From: a virus
Lineage: Duplodnaviria > Heunggongvirae > Uroviricota > Caudoviricetes
Virus record (IMG/VR): IMGVR_UViG_3300029305_004950
Location: 61,430-125,429 of that record
DNA: 64,000 nt
Strand: one strand, 5' to 3'
Below the pieces are notes generated by a model. That model was not told the DNA's origin. It was given only the letters and a program-made list of their open reading frames with translations, and did not search any database. Positions 44,511 to 55,900 of the stretch are shown in pieces. The position numbers were made by a program, and so were the translations under genes. The stretch's first letter is position 1, and the number at the start of each line of letters is the position of its first letter.

Positions 44511-47500
44511 ATGGGCTTAAGAGTTGAACAGCACAATATAGAAGATCTACTTAAATATTTTATTGCTCGTAATGAATTTAAACGTAGAAATGTAGTTGAA
44601 ATGTTAAAAGATTTAACTGATGAAGAACGAGCAAAATTAAATATTTCAAATTATGCAGAATTTTATAACTATTATAGATTCTTATATAAAGTATTAAAAC
44701 AAGATATAGTAGAAGGTTCTAAAACTACTATAATTAATAATGTAGATCTTATTGGTAGATCCTATTATGAAAAGGAATTCTTACTTAAATATCCTTTTCA
44801 GTATATTCTAGAATTGCGTTTAGTAGATGAATTAACTAGAGATCATGGTTTTATTTTTGATTCTCTAGAAGATAATGCTTGGCAAGCTATTGGTACTGGT
44901 GGAAACGTTAATTTAGCAGACTTTGGAATTACTGTTAGTGGTGAACCAGATAATGATGACGCACTTAAGGTAAATTATATTGCTTATAATGGTACTAATC
45001 ATGAAACTGCCACCATAACTATAGAACAGGGAAAAGAACGTCTTTCAAATCCAACTATAGATGTTGCTACTTTTGGCAAAAAGATAAGAAGTTTATCCAA
45101 GCTAAATTATACTTCTGAAACTACTGTAGGTGAATTATTTCAAAAGATAATAGATAGTAATCCTGATGTAACATCTAGTTATGAGGATACTATGTTAATA
45201 TCACCTGAATACTCAATATATAATAATTCAGAAACTAATTGTAAGCTAAATGATTTATTTACCTTCACTAGCAATATTTATTATATGAGTGATAAAGATG
45301 TTGAAGGTCTTACTGAAAAAACAAAAAATACAATTATCTTAGCTGCACTTAGAAAAATCTTAGATGATCGTAAAATTCCTTATAAAGAAACTGACTATTT
45401 AGTTAATGTTAAATATGACAGTAATAATGAAATAAAATCTTATGATTTAGTTATTGATAATTTACTAAACTTAGTTTTAAATACTAATCCTCTAACTAAA
45501 AATGATCTACATGATGGTAAGGATGAAACTTTTAGAAGTTTACAAAGTGAAATTATTAGTCTAAAAGCTTATGTAAATGAATATGTAGTTAATGAAACTA
45601 AATATTCTGGTAATAAGTATTTTATGAAGAATGGTAAAGCTAATTATTCTGGTTATAGTTTAGCTACTGTAATTCCTCATAATACTGGATTAATGCCTGC
45701 TAGTATTATTATAAATAATGTAAATCCTGACAGTATTATTGATACTGGAGATGTTTATGTAAAATCAGATACTAAAAATATTTACGTTTATAATACTGGA
45801 AAAAATCGTTCTGAATTTGAATTCACTATTATATTTGATACTGGTGATTATTTAGAATTTCCTAAAGATAAATCTTTTGAAGAGTTTATAGAAATTTGTA
45901 TCAATAGTATTAAAAAAATAAAACTAGATAATTCTCTCATTAGACAAAAAAATGGAAAGATTATTATACATTTATTAGATATTAATAATGAGTCTTTATT
46001 CCATAAATTTGACTTCTTAGTTATTACTAATAATGAAACTAAAGAAGATTCTTATTATAGAGTTGATGATGCTGAATTATTTGAATATAATGAAGTAGAT
46101 AAAACACTTACTATAATCTCTGATAAAGTTAAAGTTAGTTTAAAAGATACTTTTTATATTACTGCGATGCATATTGATGATGCTCCTATAATGTATCTAT
46201 TAAACCAATTATTAATGAACCCTAATTTTTATATTCAGCCTGTTGTAAATTTCTTAGATTTAATATTTAAACCTACAGATTTTGAATTTGAAGAGTATAA
46301 AAAAGTATTAGGTGTTGAAGCCGTTGAATCTTTAATACAAAATGAAGAAGTAAGATTTGTAAATTTATCTTCTTATGATGTTACTGAAGATGATATTTTA
46401 TTTGTTAATGGATTAGCATATTCATTAGTTGATAATGATCATTTTAAATTATTCTATTTAACTAATGAAGCTAAAATTACTAAAAGAATTCTTATTATTT
46501 CTAACTTTAATATCAATAATCTTGACGATATTTACGTTAGTAGACTTACTACTCTGATTAATCCTTTTGATATGGAAGATGATGAAAACGACTCTTCTTA
46601 TAACTTTGATAAATATGTTTATTTAACTGAAAAATCTTCTTTCGGTCATAATTACTTTAAATCTAATGTTATGCCTAATGAAGATGAAATTAAAAAATCT
46701 AATGTAGATAATGTTATAGATAATTATAGAGAATTTAAGAAAACTGGTTATTTTACTAGAGAAGATTTTGTTTCAACTATAAATCGTTATTTTGCTCAAA
46801 GCTATGTAAATATGACAGATATTGATTTAAACGTTGATAGATTTTTAAATAATTCTATTGATAGTTTTACTTTTGAGCAAGTTATAAGTAACTATACTCT
46901 TTCTAACGAATATGAGACATTAGTTAAGAATTATATAGATAAAAAAATAAGTTTAAATGATTTTAAAGATAGTCTGCCTGAAGATGTTAGTTATAGAAAT
47001 CTATTAGCTAAATATTATACTGTCGTTTATTTAAATTCTATTAAAAAAGAAAAGAAATTAATTGAATATAAAGATAGTTATAAAGTCAATGGAGCTTTAA
47101 TTGTTAAAGCATGTAATGAATATTTTAATGAAGATTTATCAGAAGAAGAATTTAGATCAAAATTATATAGCAGTAATCTTGATCCTGATAATGTATATTT
47201 TAATTATCTAACATATAAACTTCTAGATGATGAATTTTCTGAAAATATGGAAGAAAATATTAATATCTATAAGTCTTATATAGAAAAATATAACTTATTT
47301 GATAGTATTTCAGAAGAAGTATATCCTTTTGATTCTTCATCTAGAATGTTTAATAAACATCCTTTAACTAATAGAATTGAAGGTTTCCATTCTCATCACG
47401 CACATCATAATTGTGAGTATGATGATGAAAATCAAACTACTTATGATGATACTTATATGTATGTAGATTGCTATAATGGTAAACATGGTTTTACTACTAA

Positions 47501-48476
47501 ATCTGTCATTCAAAATAGATATTGTATCGTTTCACATAAGCTTGGAAAAACACCTAATTTTGTTAACATTAATCCTTTTGCTAATGATATTGAATCTGAA
47601 GAAGGAAAATTTGTTGGAAATATTTGGTGGGAAGCAGATGATGAAAATATTTATGTTTATAATGATGGTAATTCTACTTGTGAATTTGAATGGTTTGCTA
47701 CTTATGATGAAAATTGTAAAGTAGAGACTCATGAATATGAGGAACTTTTAGATTTTAATAAGAAGGATTATCTATTCTATAACATAACCCACTCTCCTAT
47801 AACCAAATTAGGATATTATGGTAAAGATTATTTAGAGTATGATAAAGATAAGAAATTATTAGCTGTTCATAATGCAAATCCCAATAATGTATCTTACAAC
47901 TATAATTTATCTTATGTTATTGGCAAACACATAACTAATAAAAAGTTTTTAGAATATTCTGAAGATTTTACTTATAATCAAGATGGATACTTTGATAAAA
48001 ATTCAGAGGTTCCTCCTACTGGTAAAGAAATCATTAATTATTCTGGTGAATTTAGATCTACTAAAGGCACTTTTTATGGAAATGGTATAGCACAATATTT
48101 ACCAATTAGTGATTTTGATAAATTTGAAACTGGTGATATTGTTTCTTATGTAGACGGTGTATGTAAATTAGCTGATGCTAAAAATAAAGATACTGTCATT
48201 GGTGTAATAGCTGACAAAGACAATATAGCTTTGTATATAGATAATTATACAACTAATAAAGAACTTGTTTCTTTATTTGGCATTCAAAATGTTAAAGTAA
48301 TAGGAGATATATCTGCAGGTGATAAATTAGGCTTATTAACTGATAATCCTGATTTAAAAGGCGTAGCTACTTCAGGTAATGGTTATGTTGATAATTGTTA
48401 CATTGGTAAAGCATTAGAAAGTTATTCAAGTGAAGATACAGTTAAAACTATTAAAGTATTATTAACATTGGTATAA
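44511..48476 (+). CDS. tail fibre/spike-like protein with C-terminal peptidase-G2/IMC-like chaperone domain (start revised to 44511)
   Basis: AAGGAGGT RBS; C-terminal GDIV..IGVI..G...VKV.G.I.AGD.L...G.A...IGKALE. Confidence 0.65.
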   Translation: MGLRVEQHNIEDLLKYFIARNEFKRRNVVEMLKDLTDEERAKLNISNYAEFYNYYRFLYKVLKQDIVEGSKTTIINNVDLIGRSYYEKEFLLKYPFQYILELRLVDELTRDHGFIFDSLEDNAWQAIGTGGNVNLADFGITVSGEPDNDDALKVNYIAYNGTNHETATITIEQGKERLSNPTIDVATFGKKIRSLSKLNYTSETTVGELFQKIIDSNPDVTSSYEDTMLISPEYSIYNNSETNCKLNDLFTFTSNIYYMSDKDVEGLTEKTKNTIILAALRKILDDRKIPYKETDYLVNVKYDSNNEIKSYDLVIDNLLNLVLNTNPLTKNDLHDGKDETFRSLQSEIISLKAYVNEYVVNETKYSGNKYFMKNGKANYSGYSLATVIPHNTGLMPASIIINNVNPDSIIDTGDVYVKSDTKNIYVYNTGKNRSEFEFTIIFDTGDYLEFPKDKSFEEFIEICINSIKKIKLDNSLIRQKNGKIIIHLLDINNESLFHKFDFLVITNNETKEDSYYRVDDAELFEYNEVDKTLTIISDKVKVSLKDTFYITAMHIDDAPIMYLLNQLLMNPNFYIQPVVNFLDLIFKPTDFEFEEYKKVLGVEAVESLIQNEEVRFVNLSSYDVTEDDILFVNGLAYSLVDNDHFKLFYLTNEAKITKRILIISNFNINNLDDIYVSRLTTLINPFDMEDDENDSSYNFDKYVYLTEKSSFGHNYFKSNVMPNEDEIKKSNVDNVIDNYREFKKTGYFTREDFVSTINRYFAQSYVNMTDIDLNVDRFLNNSIDSFTFEQVISNYTLSNEYETLVKNYIDKKISLNDFKDSLPEDVSYRNLLAKYYTVVYLNSIKKEKKLIEYKDSYKVNGALIVKACNEYFNEDLSEEEFRSKLYSSNLDPDNVYFNYLTYKLLDDEFSENMEENINIYKSYIEKYNLFDSISEEVYPFDSSSRMFNKHPLTNRIEGFHSHHAHHNCEYDDENQTTYDDTYMYVDCYNGKHGFTTKSVIQNRYCIVSHKLGKTPNFVNINPFANDIESEEGKFVGNIWWEADDENIYVYNDGNSTCEFEWFATYDENCKVETHEYEELLDFNKKDYLFYNITHSPITKLGYYGKDYLEYDKDKKLLAVHNANPNNVSYNYNLSYVIGKHITNKKFLEYSEDFTYNQDGYFDKNSEVPPTGKEIINYSGEFRSTKGTFYGNGIAQYLPISDFDKFETGDIVSYVDGVCKLADAKNKDTVIGVIADKDNIALYIDNYTTNKELVSLFGIQNVKVIGDISAGDKLGLLTDNPDLKGVATSGNGYVDNCYIGKALESYSSEDTVKTIKVLLTLV

Positions 48477-48477
48477 T

Positions 48478-48519
48478 AAAAAACCGTATAAGACAATTAA
48501 GTCTTATACGGTTTTTTTT
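48478..48519. terminator. bidirectional terminator
   Basis: AAAAAACCGTATAAGAC/GTCTTATACGGTTTTTT. Confidence 0.9.
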
Positions 48520-49891
48520 AATTAAGTATATCTAACTGATTAAAAATTCTAGTAATATCAATATAAGGATTGTAAGAATTTAACTCCATAGTTAAAGCTC
48601 TTTCATCACCAATTTTTTGATCATCCCATCCATAATACCAATTACCAGGTGCAGGATTATCTGATAATTCTAATGGATCTGTTTCATTAGAGATGACAAA
48701 AATATTAGCATATTCACCAATTTTAAATGCAAAGAAAGCTAACCAAAGTTTAGTATTTACAGTTGTTCCATATATAGCGTTACAGAATTCATTAAATGTA
48801 GTTATATTTGAATCATTACCAACATAAACTTTAGCAGCATCTTTATATTCTTCCCAGTTATTAGAATTTAAAGTAAATAATCTAGAAGAATTATTTTTGA
48901 TATCTAGAATAATACGAACTTTTCCGTTGTCAGTATATTTAAATATGGCTGTTAGATTCTTATTTAAAATACTACTTATGTTAGTCCAGTCATAACTGTC
49001 TATTAATAGGTTATTATTATAAGGATTTTTACCTATACTTTTACCTACATTGTTTAGGAAAGAAATATTATATAATGAACGATAATACAGTTTGTTTGTA
49101 ATTCCATAAGAACTATATCTTACAGTTACTTTATCAGAATTATCTTCATCTATTTCATAAAAATCGTTTATATTATTGAAAATTTCTCTATTTAAAGTAC
49201 CTTCATATTGTACATAATCATTACCATTTTGTAAATAATAGGTTTTTAGACAATCAAATTCAGTAGATTTTTTATATTCAGTTTCAATATCAAAATCATT
49301 TTCTATCCATGTAAATGTTCTATTGTCTTCATCTAGACTGAAACATTCATTATCATAATGAACGCCATTAATATAAATAGAAACAGAATCGGAATGTATA
49401 GGAGTACATGATATGGTAAATGTTTGACCTGTGAATAATTTATCTTCATATGAATAAAAACTTACGATGTCTTTATCTTCAATGAATTCTTCAATTGCAT
49501 TACGAAGATTTATAAGTTCACTTTGAAAAGCTTCAGTTTTTTCAAAACTAGTACTTGCTTTATTCCATGCATTAAATAATGCTTCATAAAAGTTACTACC
49601 AATTAAACTTAATCGTCTTACTAGATCAGGATTTAATTCTTCATTACCAATAATTCTATTAAATCTATCAATAAAATCATGATTTGTATCTCGAACTGCG
49701 GTAGTGATAGAAAATATATCATTGATAGCACCTATAACAGTTTTACTCTCAGTATTTAAACCCTTACTAAGATCTGGATTAATAGTACTATTCTGTAAAT
49801 AAGGATTATTCTCAGTAGAAATAGCAAATAACTTTTTTTGTAATGCATATATTTCATTAAGTTCTTGAGTAGTTAATTCATTAATTGACAT
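48518..49891 (-). CDS. putative virion structural protein
   Basis: late operon; beta-rich SIYINGV module shared with 51002 ORF. Confidence 0.55.
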   Translation of the reverse strand: MSINELTTQELNEIYALQKKLFAISTENNPYLQNSTINPDLSKGLNTESKTVIGAINDIFSITTAVRDTNHDFIDRFNRIIGNEELNPDLVRRLSLIGSNFYEALFNAWNKASTSFEKTEAFQSELINLRNAIEEFIEDKDIVSFYSYEDKLFTGQTFTISCTPIHSDSVSIYINGVHYDNECFSLDEDNRTFTWIENDFDIETEYKKSTEFDCLKTYYLQNGNDYVQYEGTLNREIFNNINDFYEIDEDNSDKVTVRYSSYGITNKLYYRSLYNISFLNNVGKSIGKNPYNNNLLIDSYDWTNISSILNKNLTAIFKYTDNGKVRIILDIKNNSSRLFTLNSNNWEEYKDAAKVYVGNDSNITTFNEFCNAIYGTTVNTKLWLAFFAFKIGEYANIFVISNETDPLELSDNPAPGNWYYGWDDQKIGDERALTMELNSYNPYIDITRIFNQLDILN

Positions 49892-49907
49892 AGCTTATCA
49901 CCACCTA

Positions 49908-50906
49908 TTAATATTCGTATTTATTTAATTTAAAAATATATCTAGTACGAGCAACATTATCAAATGTAAATCTAGAAGCTTCTGCATTATATAGAACTTT
50001 ACCGCAAACTGGTTCTTTTCTATCAGTATCATCAGGTCTTGCCTTATCACTATAGTCGCCTAAATTTCTAAAAACATATGTTTTTGAAAAATTATTTTTC
50101 TCTAAAATATTAATAAGCTCATTCTGATAGTATGTTTCATCAAAGTAATAAAGATTTTCTCTATCAACTTTCCATGTAGAATAATCATAGTTTTCTTTAT
50201 TCCATAATGTATAAACACCATTAGTTATATAATAGTAATCTAAATCACTATTAAAATCATTAGTAACTGGTAAATAGAATAAAGGAAGATAAGACTCAGC
50301 AGGACGATCATATATCCAAAGTTCAACACAATTGCTAGAGAAATCATTTAATTCATAATTTTCTCCATACCAATCTTCCCATGATATAGTTTTTTCACTA
50401 CTTGCTGACTTATTTTTAACATCTTTTAAATAAAGTATTTTATCAGCAAATAGCACGATATACATAGACCATTTAATTTTTCTTAAATTACCATTATAAT
50501 CTGTAGTATAATCAGATTTATCACCAGCATTTAATAGTAACCAATAAATTTTCTCTTTTAATTCTTCAGATAAATTATCAATGCCAATTAAATCGGTCTT
50601 TTTCATATATGTTTTTTCAGAATATTCCTCATGGTTATCTATACGTTGATTTAAATGCTCTAGTTCAGTTTCATAACTTTTTCCTAAAATCTCTAAATCA
50701 CCATTTAGAATATTTTCTATATTTTCATATTTATCAGATAATTCATCAAATTTTTGTTTAAAAGCAACATTTATTTGATGTTTTACATTACTATCTAATT
50801 TATCAAAATCTCTAATAATTCTCTTTAATTGTGAACCATCTTTTATTTGACAAAGATCAATTAAAGATCCAAGATTTTTTTCATGTTCATGTCTTTTTTC
50901 TATCAA
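49908..50906 (-). CDS. putative virion structural protein
   Basis: late operon context. Confidence 0.5.
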   Translation of the reverse strand: MIEKRHEHEKNLGSLIDLCQIKDGSQLKRIIRDFDKLDSNVKHQINVAFKQKFDELSDKYENIENILNGDLEILGKSYETELEHLNQRIDNHEEYSEKTYMKKTDLIGIDNLSEELKEKIYWLLLNAGDKSDYTTDYNGNLRKIKWSMYIVLFADKILYLKDVKNKSASSEKTISWEDWYGENYELNDFSSNCVELWIYDRPAESYLPLFYLPVTNDFNSDLDYYYITNGVYTLWNKENYDYSTWKVDRENLYYFDETYYQNELINILEKNNFSKTYVFRNLGDYSDKARPDDTDRKEPVCGKVLYNAEASRFTFDNVARTRYIFKLNKYEY

Positions 50907-50940
50907 AATTCTTAACCCCCTTCTTTATAAAAATAAAAAA

Positions 50941-50985
50941 AGTTGTTAGAATGATAGTTAATAGTTATCTATCAAACTAACAACA
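50941..50985 (-). terminator. nested hairpin, probable terminator
   Basis: GTTGTTAG..TGATAG/CTATCA..CTAACAAC with A-run on plus. Confidence 0.55.
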
Positions 50986-51001
50986 TTCTTAAAAATTCTA
51001 A

Positions 51002-52594
51002 TTATTTGTTATTAGGGTTAAAATTCTCATTTTCAGAATATAAAACATCATAAACAACAGTTACATCAAAATCAGATTGTATATCAAAACCATTATCCAT
51101 TTCAAGATAATCCCAAATTAAAATAGGAGTTACATTATCTTTTAAATAATAGTAGAAATACGTATCATTTTTATATGCAACACCATTGATAAATAGTTTA
51201 ATACTACTTTCAATAGGTTTATATTTAAGTTCGAAATAAGGTCTTAATACGCCTTCAATTTCAATTTGTTTATATTCAGTAATAGTATCTTTATAATTAG
51301 AATAAACTAAACCAACTTTTTCTTGTAGCTTATTTAATTCATCTTCAGCTTTTTTAGCATCCATTTTGTATTTGTTAATTAATTTATTAGCAATACCAGT
51401 TAATTCATCATGTGGCATAGAATAGATATTTCCATCTAAATCTCCAGTATAGAAGTTAATACAAGAAATTTTAGATCCTTCACAAATAGTAGTGAATAGG
51501 TCATGATTCATTCCATAAACTTCATGAGGCATCATAAATCTTAACGATTTTTTATCAGGATTAATAAGGAAAGTTTCATTAATTCCATTATAGGTTATCA
51601 TACCTTCAGCTACAGAAGATGGGAAATAAACCATAGCATGTTTTTTATCAATCTGGAATAAACCAACTAATTTTTGTTGTTTTAAAACACCTTGATTTTT
51701 ATTTTCATTAACAAATCTTACCATCTTAATATCGTTAATATCAAAATTAGAAGAATTACCAAAATCAATATCTAATATACGAATTAAATAATCATTTTGT
51801 TTATTAATTTCATAAAAATACATAACTGAATTATAAAATAATACACAACCAGAATCTACAGGTTCAGACATTTGGATCCATTCGCCATTTCTACTAGATG
51901 CATAGAATTCATTTTCTTTAGTTACATGTGCCCAAGTATAAGGAATAATGTTGTAATACTCTCTATTTTCTTTAGGATCGAATATTTTAACACTGCCATC
52001 ATCTTCTAAAATAGGAAGACCATATTTATCATATTTCTTGGGGAATTCTACTCCATCTTCCTCATAGTAAGTTATGATAATTCCATCTTTTTTGATTTTA
52101 TAAGGATAATAACATCCATTAAATATTACGAGAGCATTAGAAACATCAGCTTTAAAGTTTACATCTAATCTATATTTTCTAGCCCCATCAATTATATCAT
52201 AGTATAACTTCATTTCAAAATTTACTGGTTTAAGAGATAATCTAGATTTAACTGCAGATGGACTATCTAAACCATCTCTAGCTCCTATTAAATGTTTAAA
52301 ACCATAAGCATCAATATATTCACAATCTGGCAGTAAATATAGTTCTTCATTGGTTAATTTTGGAGCATTTGTAATTTTATCAACGAAATGAATACCAATT
52401 TGAGATAGCATAGCTTTTCTATAGTTAATCCAACTAGATCTAGAATTTTTACATTTATAATAAATCTCTTTAACATTAACTAACTGGGAGTTAATAGTAC
52501 TATAATGTTCATTAAAATATTTTAGATGATAAGCTCTACAAAAACTATCTGATTTAAACATAATAGTTTGACCGTCCATATATTCTTTATACAT
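51002..52594 (-). CDS. putative virion structural protein
   Basis: late operon; C-terminal KLFINGV module. Confidence 0.55.
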   Translation of the reverse strand: MYKEYMDGQTIMFKSDSFCRAYHLKYFNEHYSTINSQLVNVKEIYYKCKNSRSSWINYRKAMLSQIGIHFVDKITNAPKLTNEELYLLPDCEYIDAYGFKHLIGARDGLDSPSAVKSRLSLKPVNFEMKLYYDIIDGARKYRLDVNFKADVSNALVIFNGCYYPYKIKKDGIIITYYEEDGVEFPKKYDKYGLPILEDDGSVKIFDPKENREYYNIIPYTWAHVTKENEFYASSRNGEWIQMSEPVDSGCVLFYNSVMYFYEINKQNDYLIRILDIDFGNSSNFDINDIKMVRFVNENKNQGVLKQQKLVGLFQIDKKHAMVYFPSSVAEGMITYNGINETFLINPDKKSLRFMMPHEVYGMNHDLFTTICEGSKISCINFYTGDLDGNIYSMPHDELTGIANKLINKYKMDAKKAEDELNKLQEKVGLVYSNYKDTITEYKQIEIEGVLRPYFELKYKPIESSIKLFINGVAYKNDTYFYYYLKDNVTPILIWDYLEMDNGFDIQSDFDVTVVYDVLYSENENFNPNNK

Positions 52595-52889
52595 TATAGT
52601 TTCCTCCCTTCTTCTCTAAAATAACAACATTATTTATGGATTTTTCTTCTTTTCCATTTTTACTATAAAATTTTAAAGTTACGGTACTACCAGGTTTATA
52701 AAATCCATAAATATAGTCGCCAAGTCTTCCATCTTTATCTTCACTATAAAGTAATGTAGGCAAGGATAGGCCGTTAAAGTCATCCTCAACGGCCCATCTA
52801 TTATATTTCTTACCTATTACATTATTTTTATCTAAAGAAAGTCTGGTTCCCATAACGAAATTTTCAATATAAATAATGTAATTTTCCAT
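52587..52889 (-). CDS. hypothetical protein
   Basis: AGAAAGG RBS, late operon. Confidence 0.7.
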   Translation of the reverse strand: MENYIIYIENFVMGTRLSLDKNNVIGKKYNRWAVEDDFNGLSLPTLLYSEDKDGRLGDYIYGFYKPGSTVTLKFYSKNGKEEKSINNVVILEKKGGNYNV

Positions 52890-52911
52890 ATAGTATTAAA
52901 CCATCCTTTCT

Positions 52912-55900
52912 TTAATTATCTATTTCTATTTCATTATTATTGATGGTATTAATAACAGCAGTATTGTCAACTTTAACAATATCTACATCTATAACATAGA
53001 TATTGTTACTTTCAGATCTATAACAATAACGGTTTAAACCACATCTTAAAATATCCAATGTAGTTTCAAAATTAGATTCACGTTTCTTTAACTGGAATTC
53101 TATGTCATTACCACTAGCAGAAATATCAGTTTTATAACTAGCTTCAGGTCTTAATTCAACTACTGATTCAATAATTTCATTTTCAGGTATAATAGGTTCG
53201 ATAATCAGCCAGTTTTCATCTTCATAAGTTATATCATCGATATATACTCTAGAAATATCTAACATTTCATATTTGAAATAATCAAATTCACTATTAGTAT
53301 AACTGCCTTCAGGAACATGTAATTCAATTATCTTATTAATACCTTCAATATCAAAGAAGAGATCAAGACTAATCTTACCATTTCTAATGGATTTTTCAAT
53401 ATACTTATTAATAGTTTGGACATTACCAGTACTAGTTTTAAAGTTTTTGAAACAAACATAGATATACTGAGCCATACTATTTTTAGTATAGTTATTATTT
53501 TCATTAACTAACTGAGTATTGTATTTTACAATAGTGTTACCATTGATATCTTTTAAAGCAGCATTAGTAAAATCTATTTTAGAATACTCTTCATTTAAAG
53601 CTAGTTTATTAATAGCTATAGTATAACCATCCATTATATTACCAGTAAAGATACCTTTAGCTGCAATACGAATATCATTAACATCCATAACTACAAATAG
53701 TAACTGCTGTACAAATTCTTTAGTTTCTTTATTATAGAAATCAACAGCTACTACTTCATTTTTATTTAATACACCAATGGTCATGACACCTTCAGCATTA
53801 GTTAATTCAGCCTGACCAATAGACATATAAACACCATCAAGATTCTTTATTGAATAATAGAAGAAGTTATCATCATCTTTATACTTATTAATAAAGTTTT
53901 CATCTAAAGTAGCAGTTAAATTATCATAATAAATAATCTGGTGATTATTCTTAACATTATTGTTAAGTAATTTAATAGTAACATCAGTATAATCTTCAGT
54001 TAAGGTTTCAATAGGATCACCAGTCTTGGTATCATCATTAAATACATAGAGTCTTAATATATATTCTTTATCTAATACTAATCCAGTAATATAATCAGCT
54101 CTGGAAGATTCTTTATCTAATATATCATCTCTAAAAACATATACGTCAACAGTATCGGTAGTTACTTTTTGAATCTGGTTATTATTATAAGTAGCATAAA
54201 TATCAAGATTAGTTATAATTTCTCCATCAACTAAATAGCTATTGGGAATTACATCTAATTTTTTAATTCTCTTACTAGAAACAGGAGATACAAGAATAGA
54301 CTTGGTATCATAAATATGATCACAATAAATAGCTGAAATTATATAAGAGCCTTCAGAATCGACTATACCTTCATCATATTTAATAGAACCATCAAAATTA
54401 GTTAGAGTTCTAGTATATTCTTCTTCAGTTAGAATTCTCTCATTACCATTTTCATAATGAGCAATAACTCTAATAGAATTAAAGATATTATCATTTAAAG
54501 TAAAGATATTAGTGTTACTTACAATTCTAATAGATTCGACTTCAATAGCAACTACTTCCATAGTAATAGAATCAGAAATTAAATTTCCATTTTCACCTTG
54601 ATTGAATGTAGCAGTTACATATTGTTTGCCTACATTTACAGTATCAAAATCAGGTAATTCTTCACCAAATTCATTCTTAAATGTATAATCACAATATTCA
54701 GTAATATCAATGTAATCTTCATCAGAATAATAACCTAATACTCTGAAGATAGGATAGATATTTTGTTTAATCTTTTGGTCAGATGCATTAGTAGTACTGA
54801 TAGAAATTTTCTTAAATCTACCATAATAGATATCATCAGTAGTTTCTACTTTTCTATTAGTATCTAATTTTTCATCTTTAACAATTTTTAACCAACTATT
54901 CTTAATTTCATTATTCTCATCTACATTCTTTAACTGAGTGTAGATATTTTCTCTAACTTCATTAGGATATCTAGTCATGTTAATAATTGCTTTAGCATAA
55001 TCAGACCAGTTTATTTCAGAATAAATTTCAGCATCTTTTAAAGTAATATGTTGATCATCAATCTTTAAATAACGATTGATAATAGAGCGTTTATTACATA
55101 CAGGAACACGTACACGTCCAAGGTATACTTCAATATAATCTTCACAGATAGGTACGCTGTATTCATCTAAATCAATGATACCGTATGAGAAATTAGTTTG
55201 TACGGAAGATTCTTCTAAAAATACTAATTCATCTATTATATCGCTATAGTCATCAGTATATTTAGTAAACATTACTCCATCAAATACTTTAATTCCATTA
55301 ATAATAATTTTATTATTTTCTACTAAACTCTTTACATAGAGAGAAAAATCTAAATATCTATCATTATTTACAAATTCAAAACTATCATTAGGAATAAATG
55401 CTTCATCAATTAAAATGCTATCTACTTCGTCTACAACAATTTCTTCATATTTACCAATTTCAGGATTAGATTCTAAAATTTTTTCTATAGCAGCAATTGC
55501 AATATCGGTATTTTTAATGACTCTATAGAAACGTTCAAACATGTCTCTATTATTACGATAACGATGTTCTTCATATTCATCTTTATAGAGAACACATTTA
55601 ATAGTATCAAGAATAACTAAATCAGTATTATTAGGAATTCTTTCAATATTGATTAAATTTTGGAATTCTTGATTAAAAGCTACATAGTCAGTAATCTTAT
55701 CTAAATTATGTTTGCAGTAGAAATTATAGGTATCATCAATATTTTTATTTCTAAAGACAACCTTAGAATTAGGTTTAAGAATACCGATAAATTGAATGTA
55801 CTGATTACGATCTTCATCATTAACAAAAATGTAATCTACATTATTAATAAGTCTATAACCATCAACATAAACTTCTACATCGTTGATAGATTTTACAGGA

